64,000 bases of DNA from contig JAFUQU010000014.1 in assembly GCA_017472255.1 (NCBI GenBank), forward strand, positions 357,845 to 421,844, written 5' to 3'. A program made the translations under genes and the position numbers. Source of the DNA: Clostridia bacterium. GTDB lineage: Bacteria; Bacillota; Clostridia; Oscillospirales; CAG-272. The notes below the pieces were generated by a model. That model ran no database searches. It was given only the letters and a program-made list of their open reading frames with translations, and was not told where the DNA came from. This document shows positions 38,828 through 47,494 of the stretch, one piece after another; the first letter of the stretch is position 1; every line of letters begins with the position of its first letter.

Positions 38828-39654
38828 GAAAACTGATCAAGCACGAATTCCGCGCCACGGGAGCGTGGGTGGCGCTGCTCTGTGCTGGCGTTATCGTATT
38901 TGCCGGACTGACCCGGCTGTTCATGCTGTTGGCAGACATGATGGAGCTGTTTGCCATTCCGATGGGAATCTCCATGTTCTTCTATGTGCTGCTGATGATC
39001 GCCTCCGTCGTGGTTGTCGTGGTGCTGAACATCCGCCGCTTCTATAAGAATGTCTACGGCGACGAAGGCTATCTGACCTTGACCCTGCCGGTGAGCCGCT
39101 GGAAGATCATCGTCTCCAAGCTGTTGGTGGGCGTAACGTGGTCGCTGCTGTCCGGGCTGTGCGCGCTGCTGTCGCTGCTGATCATCGCGTCCTCCCAGAC
39201 GCTTTGGCAGACCCTTGGGGAAGTGATGTATTATCTCGGATATGCTTTCGATGAAATCCTTTATATCCTGCGGATGCCCGCGCCGCTGTTGATCGTGGAA
39301 ATTGTTCTTATGGCGGTTATCAGCCTGTTCAGCGGTCTGCTCATGTGCTACGCATCCATCTCTCTGGGACAGCTGTTCACGGGACATCGGCTGCTCGGCT
39401 CTGTGATCGGCTACATAGGGCTGAACACTGTGGTGCAAATCATCACCTCCGCGTTCTCCTTCGCGCTGACCCTGACGCAGGGCGTGGTGCTGGATTTTGA
39501 GGAACTGCTTCAGTACAGCAGGCAGATTGACGGCTTTACCGCCTTCAATCTACAGGTCAACATCGTGCTGGCGATCATCCTTCAGCTTTTCCTGATGGCG
39601 GGCTATTTCACCATCAGCAACGCTATTATGAAAAAATCGGTTAATCTGCAATGA
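38821..39654 (+). CDS. ABC-2-type transporter permease
   Basis: 6 hydrophobic segments; start overlaps the ATPase stop. Confidence 0.7.
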   Translation: MLGKLIKHEFRATGAWVALLCAGVIVFAGLTRLFMLLADMMELFAIPMGISMFFYVLLMIASVVVVVVLNIRRFYKNVYGDEGYLTLTLPVSRWKIIVSKLLVGVTWSLLSGLCALLSLLIIASSQTLWQTLGEVMYYLGYAFDEILYILRMPAPLLIVEIVLMAVISLFSGLLMCYASISLGQLFTGHRLLGSVIGYIGLNTVVQIITSAFSFALTLTQGVVLDFEELLQYSRQIDGFTAFNLQVNIVLAIILQLFLMAGYFTISNAIMKKSVNLQ

Positions 39655-39778
39655 CATAAAAAGTATCTGCTGTAACTCTCGGCAGATACTTTTTTATCCT
39701 CACCATGTATAAGCGGCGTGACGCCGGTCAACAATATTACCAAACCGCATGGAAATCAGAAAGGTTGGTAATAAATAC

Positions 39779-40567
39779 ATGGAAAACAAAGTAAAAAGAA
39801 AATCCATCAACTCGGTTATTTATCTTCTGCTGGCAGGTATGCTGCTCTGCGTGATCTTCGTCTCGGTCTACACCGTCGCGTCCCGTCGGAACAAACCCAC
39901 TCCTGTCGAGGGAGACGACACCTCGGCTGTCACGTCCGACACCACCGGTTCAGGCACATCCACCACCAAGCCCGTCGATACCTCGGCTTCTGGCACAACG
40001 GCTCCTGCCGATACGACGGCGCGTTCTGCCGAATCCACCGCCCCCGCATCAGTGACCAAGTCTCCCGATGAGGTTCCCGTAGCCATCAACGACGGTGAAG
40101 AACTGCCTACGTCCATTGATATCCGCTATTTTGTGATGCCGGTGGCAGGCACAATGGGCAAGGCGTTTGAGATCGATATTCCCGTCTGGTCGCAGACGAT
40201 GAACGACTATCGCGCTCATACGGGCGTGGACATCGCGGCGCCGTTGGGCAGTGAGGTAGTTTCATCCTCCAGCGGCGTGGTCTGCAAGATCTGGAACGAC
40301 CCGATGATGGGACGCTGCGTCACCATTGACCACGGCGATGACATCTACACCACCTATATGAATCTGGCGCCCGATCTGGCCCAAACAATGGCTGTGGGAG
40401 CGAAGGTCTCCATGGGACAGGTGATCGGCGCGGTGGGTGAAAGCTCACTGGTGGAGATTGCCGAGGAACCGCACCTTCACATGGAGATGAAGGTGTCCGG
40501 CTCGTATGTGAATCCGCTGGATTACTTTGAGCTGTCCTCGTCCGACAACGCGGTTTACGAGGACTGA
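39779..40567 (+). CDS. M23-family metallopeptidase with N-terminal TM anchor and Thr/Ser-rich linker
   Basis: HTGVDIAAPLGSEV and HLHMEM M23 motifs; low-complexity T/S linker. Confidence 0.8.
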   Translation: MENKVKRKSINSVIYLLLAGMLLCVIFVSVYTVASRRNKPTPVEGDDTSAVTSDTTGSGTSTTKPVDTSASGTTAPADTTARSAESTAPASVTKSPDEVPVAINDGEELPTSIDIRYFVMPVAGTMGKAFEIDIPVWSQTMNDYRAHTGVDIAAPLGSEVVSSSSGVVCKIWNDPMMGRCVTIDHGDDIYTTYMNLAPDLAQTMAVGAKVSMGQVIGAVGESSLVEIAEEPHLHMEMKVSGSYVNPLDYFELSSSDNAVYED

Positions 40568-40614
40568 CGAGAAAGGGATGCACCCGGCCAATATCCGGGG
40601 CATCCCTTTCCTTA

Positions 40615-41115
40615 TTAAAACACATCCAGCAATTCCAGAATCTTCGACAAAGTGTCTTCCACGCTGCCATGACAGTTAAAAAACATATCCGCCCAGCGCT
40701 GATAGAGGGGCTGACGCTCCTCGTATACATCCCGCAGGGTTTTGCCGGGGGCGAGGACAATGCCGCGGGTAGTGATATTTTGAATTCGCCGCTCGATTTC
40801 CTCATAGGGCAGGGACAGCCAGACTATGGTGCCGTTCTCGCGCAGATGCTTCATGGCGGCATCGCAATAGACGGCGCTGCCTCCGGTGGCGATGATCGTG
40901 TGAGACACATTTATGCCGCAGAGGGCGCGTTCCTCCGCCTGCTCGAAGTAAGCAAGTCCGTCCTCGTCAATGATCTGTTGGAGCAGCTTGCCCTCCTGAC
41001 GCTGGAGCACCAGATCGGTGTCGAGAAATTCATAGCCGAGCGCTTTGGCCATCAGCACGCCGAGCGTGCTTTTGCCGCATCCAGGCATACCGATCAGGAC
41101 GATATTTGATTTCAT
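40615..41115 (-). CDS. aroK: Shikimate kinase
   Basis: LIGMPGCGKSTLG Walker A; FLDTD; 166 aa. Confidence 0.85.
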   Translation of the reverse strand: MKSNIVLIGMPGCGKSTLGVLMAKALGYEFLDTDLVLQRQEGKLLQQIIDEDGLAYFEQAEERALCGINVSHTIIATGGSAVYCDAAMKHLRENGTIVWLSLPYEEIERRIQNITTRGIVLAPGKTLRDVYEERQPLYQRWADMFFNCHGSVEDTLSKILELLDVF

Positions 41116-41149
41116 AGGGATTCCTCATTTCTATGGTTTGGAGTTTAAT

Positions 41150-42028
41150 ATGCAGCTTGCAAAATTAAAGAAAAAGCATATGGGATTGATGCAGGACGCC
41201 GTATCGGTAGCCGTCGGCGCGCTGCTGTTCGCGGTATCGATGAATATGTTCCTGCTGCCCGCAGGAATTGTGCTGGGCGGCATGACCGGCGTGGCTACAG
41301 TGATCAACCTGTTCTGGGGATTGCCCATCGGATTGATGATTCTGCTGCTCAACGTGCCGCTGCTCATTGTCAACACGAAGCGTTACGGCATGGGTTTCAC
41401 CGTTCGGACATTGATCGGGCTGGTGTCCACCTCTACCGCCGTTGACCTGCTGAAAATCTTCCCGGTGACGGTCACTGACCCGTTGTTATGCGCGATTTTC
41501 GGCGGGCTGACCATGGGCGCGTCGGTGGGAACACTGGTCGCACGAGGCTTTACCACAGGCGGTACCGATCTGATCGCCAGCCTGCTCAAAGCGAAGTGGC
41601 CGAAGATTTCTACCGGAAGCCTGGTGATGATGGCCGATCTGGTGATCATCGTAGGCGCGGCGCTGCTGACCGGCGATTACAACGGTATTTTTTACTCGGT
41701 GATCTGCATCTTCGCTTCGGGTAAGCTGATGGATCACTTCATCTCGGGTGCGTCCCGGGGCGGATTGGCGCTGGTGGTATCCTCGAAGCCGGAGACGGTA
41801 GCGTCCGCTATCCTGCGGGAGCTGAACCGGGGCGTGACCTTGCTGCAAGGGCGCGGCGGCTGGTCGGGCGAGGAAAAACAGGTGGTAATGTGCGTGGTCA
41901 GCCGCCGGGAGGTGTTCTTCCTCAAGCAGACGGTGATTGGCTGCGACCCGGGGGCGTTCATCATAATCGGCGACGCTGCCGAGGTGATGGGGCAGGGCTT
42001 TGCACGGAAGAATCATCTTGCCGGATGA
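41150..42028 (+). CDS. YitT-family membrane protein (DUF161 + DUF2179)
   Basis: 4-5 TM N-domain plus C-terminal DUF2179-like domain; start at MQLAKL with RBS GGAG. Confidence 0.7.
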   Translation: MQLAKLKKKHMGLMQDAVSVAVGALLFAVSMNMFLLPAGIVLGGMTGVATVINLFWGLPIGLMILLLNVPLLIVNTKRYGMGFTVRTLIGLVSTSTAVDLLKIFPVTVTDPLLCAIFGGLTMGASVGTLVARGFTTGGTDLIASLLKAKWPKISTGSLVMMADLVIIVGAALLTGDYNGIFYSVICIFASGKLMDHFISGASRGGLALVVSSKPETVASAILRELNRGVTLLQGRGGWSGEEKQVVMCVVSRREVFFLKQTVIGCDPGAFIIIGDAAEVMGQGFARKNHLAG

Positions 42029-42155
42029 TATCATTATACCGCATATCGTACTTTTTGTCAATCCATAATTAAAATTAACAAAATGGTACTTGTTATCCCG
42101 CGCGGGACGTAGTATAATTAAAATAATTGTGAATTCGCAGAAAGGATCCAACAAC

Positions 42156-43343
42156 ATGATTATTGAACCTCGTACCCGCGGCTTTATCTGCACCACAGCC
42201 CATCCCACCGGCTGCGATGAAAATGTGCGCCGCATGATCAAATACGTCCTCGAAAATAAGAACACCTCTGCCGATGCGCCGAAAAACGTGCTGGTAATCG
42301 GCAGCTCCACCGGCTATGGTTTGGCAAGCCGGGTTGCTGCCGCTTTCGGTTACGGCGCAAAGACGGTGGGCGTGGCTTTTGAAAAGCCCTCGGTGAACGG
42401 TCGCCCCGCTTCCACCGGCTGGTACAATACCGCCGCCTTTGACAAATACGCTTCCGCCGCCGGACTTTATGCCGCCAACGTGATGGGAGACGCCTATTCG
42501 GACGCCGCCAAAGACGCGGTATGCGACATCATCCGCCGCGATTTGGGTAAGATCGATTTGCTGGTTTATTCGCTGGCAGCCCCCCGCCGCACCATGCCCG
42601 ACGGTGAGACCGTCTCGTCGGTGCTCAAGCCGGTGGGTGAACCTTACACCAGCATGAGCATTGATCTGCGCACCCATACCCTCAGCGAGATTTCGCTCCA
42701 GCCCGCCACCGACGCCGAAATCGCCGACACCATCAAGGTTATGGGCGGCGACGACTGGAAGCGCTGGATGAAGCGTTTGTCCGACGAAGGACTGCTGGCT
42801 GACAACTTCACAACGGTCGCTTACAGCTACATTGGTCCCGAGCTGACCCACGCCATCTATACCAACGGCACCATCGGTCAGGCCAAGCGCGATCTGGCTG
42901 AATCCGCGAAAGCCATCGCCGACGCATACGGCGTTCGCGCGCTGGTATCGGTGAACAAGGCGCTGGTTACGCAGTCCAGCGCGGCAATTCCCGTCGTGCC
43001 GTTGTACATTTCGATTCTCTTTGCCGAGATGAAGAAGCGGGGCACCCATGAAGGCGTCATTGAGCAGATGCACCGCATGATGGGCAAGCTCTACGGCGAT
43101 ACCCCCTGCGAGCTGGATGGCGAGGGGCGTCTGCGCATGGATGATTGGGAAATGGAGCCTGAGCTTCAGAATCGCATCAGCGAAATCTGGGGCAGCCTGA
43201 CCAACGAAAATCTGAGCGAATACGCTGATTTTGCCGAGTACGACAGCGAATTTTTGAAGCTGTTCGGCTTCGGCGTGGAGGGCGTGGATTACGCCGCCGA
43301 TGTGGAGCCGGATCTGCCGGTGGGACATTTGACCACGCTGTAA
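42156..43343 (+). CDS. fabV: Trans-2-enoyl-CoA/ACP reductase (NADH), FabV/Ter family
   Basis: MIIEPRTRGFICTTAHPTGC N-terminus and GSSTGYGLASR dinucleotide-binding motif, typical of FabV. Confidence 0.85.
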   Translation: MIIEPRTRGFICTTAHPTGCDENVRRMIKYVLENKNTSADAPKNVLVIGSSTGYGLASRVAAAFGYGAKTVGVAFEKPSVNGRPASTGWYNTAAFDKYASAAGLYAANVMGDAYSDAAKDAVCDIIRRDLGKIDLLVYSLAAPRRTMPDGETVSSVLKPVGEPYTSMSIDLRTHTLSEISLQPATDAEIADTIKVMGGDDWKRWMKRLSDEGLLADNFTTVAYSYIGPELTHAIYTNGTIGQAKRDLAESAKAIADAYGVRALVSVNKALVTQSSAAIPVVPLYISILFAEMKKRGTHEGVIEQMHRMMGKLYGDTPCELDGEGRLRMDDWEMEPELQNRISEIWGSLTNENLSEYADFAEYDSEFLKLFGFGVEGVDYAADVEPDLPVGHLTTL

Positions 43344-43373
43344 CATAAAACGATAAAGAGGGGAGGGAGCACT

Positions 43374-44819
43374 ATGGTCAAGGATGCCAGACGGCGCGCC
43401 CACAACTATCTTGATGAAACTTACTGGGACGGGCTTGATAACGCCGCCAAGCTCTTTCCCGCCATATCCAATACCCGCTCCTCCAATGTATTCCGCATGA
43501 CGGCAGTGCTGTTCGAGGAGGTTCGTCCGGATATTCTGAAACAGGCGGTGGAACGCGCGCTGGAGGTGATGCCCGCCTTCGCGGTTAAGCTGCATACCGG
43601 ACTGTTCTGGTACTATTTCGAACCGAATTACGAGAAGCCGACGGTGCGGGAGGATTACCGTTATCCCTGTACGCACTTCCTGCGCTATTATGAAAACGGC
43701 TATCTTTTCCGGGTTACTTATTATCACAGGCGAATCAATCTGGAGGTCTTCCATGCCCTGACCGACGGTATGGGCGCCACCAGCTTTCTGCACTGCCTGC
43801 TTTATTATTACTTCAACCTGATGGATGGCGACGCGGTTCCGGAGGATGTAATCCGCCGCATTGCCGACACCTCGTCGGTGGAATTCGACGAGGACAGCTT
43901 TGTCCGAAATACGGTTCGGGACGATGAACAGTCCCGGCAGAGCATATCCGCGCAGGTTTCCGAGCCGCCAGAGGCTTACCATATCAACGGCTACAAATAC
44001 GACGGCGATCGTTTGGGTGCGCTGATGGCCATTCTGCCCACCGATAAGCTGCTGGCATTGGCGCACGAGAAGGGCGTTACCCTGTCCGAGTATATGTGCG
44101 GACTGCTGATCTGGTCGATCTACAACACCACCTATCGCCGTTCCAAGCGCAGCAAGCCCATTGTGATCAGCGTGCCTGTGAATCTGCGGGGATTGTTCGG
44201 TTCAAACACCATGCGCAATTTCTTCGGTCATCTGAGCATCGCCGTTTCTGGCGAGGGGCTGACCTTCGACGATGTGCTGAAAACGACGGCGGAGCAGCTG
44301 AAAAATTGCCTGACCAAGGGCTATTTTGAGCGTCAGATTGCCGCTCATGTTCGCATTGAGCAGATTCCCATCGTTCGATTTGTGCCTATCTGGCTGAAGA
44401 ATCTGATTCTGCGCCAGCAGTATATGCGCACGCAGCGAACCTATACCTGCACCTTCTCCAATGTGGGGCGGATGCAGCTTCCCGAAGCCATCGCCGACCG
44501 GGTGGAGCGCTTTGAACTGCTGCTCAGCGGCTCTCAGACCCATCCGAAGAAGGTTTCGTTGATATCCTATAGAAATAATCTGGTGCTGGGCTTTGCCTCA
44601 ACCATCGACGATAACTCGATTGAGCGGTTTATGATCAGCTTTCTGGTGTCCGAGGGGCTGGATGTGACCATCTCCTCCAATGAGACGCCCGCGCCGTCCC
44701 GTTCCTCCAAGGAGGAGCCGTCCCGGCTCTCCAAAGAAAAAGCGAAAGCGGAAAAAGCGGAGCGCAAAGCCATCAAAAAAGCTGCCAAACGGGAGAAGAA
44801 GGAGCGTGAGCGTCAATGA
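43374..44819 (+). CDS. HxxxDG-motif acyltransferase (condensation / WS-DGAT / alcohol acetyltransferase superfamily) with Lys-rich C-terminal tail
   Basis: FHALTDGMG catalytic motif at about residue 130; C-terminal KEKAKAEKAERKAIKKAAKREKKERE. Confidence 0.55.
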   Translation: MVKDARRRAHNYLDETYWDGLDNAAKLFPAISNTRSSNVFRMTAVLFEEVRPDILKQAVERALEVMPAFAVKLHTGLFWYYFEPNYEKPTVREDYRYPCTHFLRYYENGYLFRVTYYHRRINLEVFHALTDGMGATSFLHCLLYYYFNLMDGDAVPEDVIRRIADTSSVEFDEDSFVRNTVRDDEQSRQSISAQVSEPPEAYHINGYKYDGDRLGALMAILPTDKLLALAHEKGVTLSEYMCGLLIWSIYNTTYRRSKRSKPIVISVPVNLRGLFGSNTMRNFFGHLSIAVSGEGLTFDDVLKTTAEQLKNCLTKGYFERQIAAHVRIEQIPIVRFVPIWLKNLILRQQYMRTQRTYTCTFSNVGRMQLPEAIADRVERFELLLSGSQTHPKKVSLISYRNNLVLGFASTIDDNSIERFMISFLVSEGLDVTISSNETPAPSRSSKEEPSRLSKEKAKAEKAERKAIKKAAKREKKERERQ

Positions 44820-45478
44820 ACTACTGCCGTCACTGCGGCGTGAAGCTGTCCAACGATCTGCCTTACTGTCCCCTGTGCGATATGGAAACGGTTAAGCTGG
44901 ACGATCATTACGATCTGGATTATCCCTATATCAAAAGCCGTTTTTCCCGTGGATTGATGATTCGTATCGTTACCTTTTTAGCGGTGGTGTTCGCAGCGGT
45001 GAGCCTGCTGATCAACCATCTGGTTCCCACGGACAATCCATGGGCATTCATCACGGCGGCGGCTATTGTTTATGTGTGGTTCAATCTGCTGAACATTATC
45101 CGCAACACACGCAATCCCGGTATGCTGCTGCTGTGTCAGCTGCTGAGCGTCAGCGGCCTGCTGTTCCTCATTGATTATCTCACCGGCTGGCATCGCTGGT
45201 CGGTGAACTATGCAATCCCCGGTCTGGTTGTGGCGGCAGCGGTGGCGATTGTGCTGATGATTGTCATCAAGCCGGTGAAGTACCGGGCGTATACCATTTA
45301 TCTGCTGGTGAACGCGGTGCTGGGGGTGCTGTCGGTGCTGCTTTGGATATCGGGCGCCGCCACGGTGGAATGGCCGGTGGTGACAGCTTGTGGAACGGCG
45401 CTGCTCTGCTTTCTGGCGATGCTGGTTTTTGCCGACCGGCGTACACGCAACGAGCTGCACAAGCGATTCCACTTTTAG
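44816..45478 (+). CDS. Zinc-ribbon + polytopic membrane protein, translationally coupled (ATGA overlap) to the acyltransferase
   Basis: CRHCGVKLSNDLPYCPLC zinc ribbon followed by about 5 TM segments. Confidence 0.55.
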   Translation: MNYCRHCGVKLSNDLPYCPLCDMETVKLDDHYDLDYPYIKSRFSRGLMIRIVTFLAVVFAAVSLLINHLVPTDNPWAFITAAAIVYVWFNLLNIIRNTRNPGMLLLCQLLSVSGLLFLIDYLTGWHRWSVNYAIPGLVVAAAVAIVLMIVIKPVKYRAYTIYLLVNAVLGVLSVLLWISGAATVEWPVVTACGTALLCFLAMLVFADRRTRNELHKRFHF

Positions 45479-45544
45479 AAACTGTCAATATGCGCGCCGT
45501 ATGACGGTGCGCGAAAATATATGATTTTACAAGGAGATTTAACC

Positions 45545-46024
45545 ATGGTACAGATTGAAATGGAAGACGGCGGCATCATTAAGCTGCAGCTTTACCCGGC
45601 GGTTGCGCCGATTACGGTGGCCAACTTTGAAAAGCTGGTCAAGGAGGGCTTCTATGACGGCCTGATTTTCCACCGAGTGATCAACGGCTTTATGATTCAG
45701 GGCGGCGATCCTACCGGTACCGGCATGGGCGGCTCCCCCGACACCATCAAGGGCGAGTTCAAGTCCAACGGCGTTACGAACAACCTGAGCCACACCCGCG
45801 GCACCATCTCCATGGCGCGCACGCAGGTTAAGGACAGCGCATCGTCCCAGTTCTTCATCTGCCACGAGGATGCTACCTATCTGGACGGCGAATACGCCGC
45901 GTTCGGATGCGTTACCGAGGGCATGGATGTCGTTGACCGCATTGCCGCAGTAGACACCAACTACATGGACAAGCCGCTCAAGGATGTTGTCATGAAGAAG
46001 GTCACACTGATCGCTGACAAGTAA
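45545..46024 (+). CDS. ppiB: Peptidyl-prolyl cis-trans isomerase, cyclophilin type
   Basis: FHRVINGFMIQGGDPTGTGMGG cyclophilin signature. Confidence 0.9.
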   Translation: MVQIEMEDGGIIKLQLYPAVAPITVANFEKLVKEGFYDGLIFHRVINGFMIQGGDPTGTGMGGSPDTIKGEFKSNGVTNNLSHTRGTISMARTQVKDSASSQFFICHEDATYLDGEYAAFGCVTEGMDVVDRIAAVDTNYMDKPLKDVVMKKVTLIADK

Positions 46025-46036
46025 AAAATGCTGCAC

Positions 46037-46069
46037 AAAAGTGCTGCACGTTCTGTGCAGCACTTTTTC
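46037..46069. terminator. Bidirectional terminator between ppiB and the convergent thrE-family genes
   Basis: aaaagtgctgcac-gttct-gtgcagcactttt. Confidence 0.8.
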
Positions 46070-46080
46070 ATGCAGCAATA

Positions 46081-46542
46081 TCATTTTTCTCGCATCTTCC
46101 GCAGCGCTCCCGCCGCTTGAAGCACCCCGCCGATGATAATGGAAGCCACGCTCACACCGACAGCCATGCCCAGTACAATGCTTGCCGTGCTTTTTGCGTT
46201 GCGGACAAACTCCGCTTCATTCCAGAACAGCAAATTGTAGACGGTGTAGTAAAGCCCGCCGCCGGGTACAATCGGAATCGCGCAGGGAAAGAGAAAGATA
46301 ATCGTTGGGGCGTGCAGAATCCGCGCGAGGGCTTCCGAGTAAAGCGCCATAAACAGCGAGGATGCGAAGGCGGAGATCAGCGGGTCGCCCAGCAGCTGCC
46401 AGAACAGCTCATAAACCGCGTAGGTGAGCAGTCCGCCCAGCGCCGCCCATGGAAGCCTGCTGCGGCTGACACGAAACATGATGGCAAAGCCCAGCGTACC
46501 GAGCAACGCGGTGATCAATCTGACAATGATATCTGTCATCAC
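46081..46542 (-). CDS. ThrE-family exporter small subunit (YjjB/DUF3815-like)
   Basis: 4-TM 153-aa protein; overlaps the upstream DUF1212-like gene. Confidence 0.65.
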   Translation of the reverse strand: MMTDIIVRLITALLGTLGFAIMFRVSRSRLPWAALGGLLTYAVYELFWQLLGDPLISAFASSLFMALYSEALARILHAPTIIFLFPCAIPIVPGGGLYYTVYNLLFWNEAEFVRNAKSTASIVLGMAVGVSVASIIIGGVLQAAGALRKMREK

Positions 46543-47387
46543 AGACCACCTCCCGCGACCAGCAGCGCCAGCGCGTAGCCCAATGCCATCATTATCGCGG
46601 TGATGATGGCCTGTACTGTTTTAAGCGTACCCGTCAGCGTGTCGCCGCTGAGCAGGTCGCGCATGGCGTTCCCCAGCGATAGACCGGGGATGAGCAGCAT
46701 AATCGTGCCGATGATGATCATGTCGAGGTTTTCGCCCAGCCCGATATGTACCGCGAGGCAGGATAACAGCCCCGCTGCGAAGGAGATGAGCATGGTTTTG
46801 ACCATTTTGTTGATCTGATCAATTTTTACGCGGTCGAGAAACGCCATCACCACGCCGATGAGGGCGGCGGTGATACCGTCGCGCAGCGAGCCGCCGAAAA
46901 AGACGGCGAAGCTGCCCGCCGCCAGCGCATGGGCGAGGACGATCAGGTAAAACGGATAGGCGCGCTCCTTTTTGATTTCGCGTATTTCCTCGTCAACGCG
47001 GGCAATGGAAAGCGTCTCCTCGCAGATTCTGCGGGAGAGGGAATTGTACAGCTCCAGACGGGATAGATTATTGGAGGTTTCATAAATACGCCGGGACTGG
47101 GTGGAATGGGAGCCGTCGGGCATATAGGCCGCGGCCAGAATCAACGAGTGTATCGTGAACACATCGATATGCGCGGCGCCGTAGGTGCGGCAGATTTTCT
47201 CTATTGCGACTTCGACGCGGTGAACCTCCGCACCGCAGGTCAGCATTCCCTCGCCGACATCGAGAGCGATGCGCAGGATATTGTCCGCGAGCGTTCCGGT
47301 ATAGGGGGTCAGCTCGGGCAGAGCAGTGGTATTTGTCAAATTAGGACTCCTTTGCAGTAGGTCTATGTTATACAGTAAGTATATCAC
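46539..47387 (-). CDS. ThrE-family exporter large subunit (YjjP/DUF1212-like)
   Basis: ALDVGEGMLTCGAEVHRVE motif typical of DUF1212/ThrE N-domain; exact start uncertain. Confidence 0.65.
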   Translation of the reverse strand: MIYLLYNIDLLQRSPNLTNTTALPELTPYTGTLADNILRIALDVGEGMLTCGAEVHRVEVAIEKICRTYGAAHIDVFTIHSLILAAAYMPDGSHSTQSRRIYETSNNLSRLELYNSLSRRICEETLSIARVDEEIREIKKERAYPFYLIVLAHALAAGSFAVFFGGSLRDGITAALIGVVMAFLDRVKIDQINKMVKTMLISFAAGLLSCLAVHIGLGENLDMIIIGTIMLLIPGLSLGNAMRDLLSGDTLTGTLKTVQAIITAIMMALGYALALLVAGGGL

Positions 47388-47494
47388 ATTCCCGGAGGCA
47401 AGTCAATCCAATCGGAAAGTACGATGATTTTTTCTGAAAAAGCGCGAACTTTCCGCATATTTTTCCGACATCGTAAGTGAAAGGAGGTCATCCC

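Noticed and set aside
42093-44066. 657-aa ORF on the minus strand
   Set aside because: Antisense shadow of fabV and the acyltransferase gene; no RBS, low-complexity composition.
47477-47494. Upstream start for the ECF sigma gene
   Set aside because: That codon sits inside the Shine-Dalgarno sequence AAGGAGG. GTG at 47495 has proper spacing.
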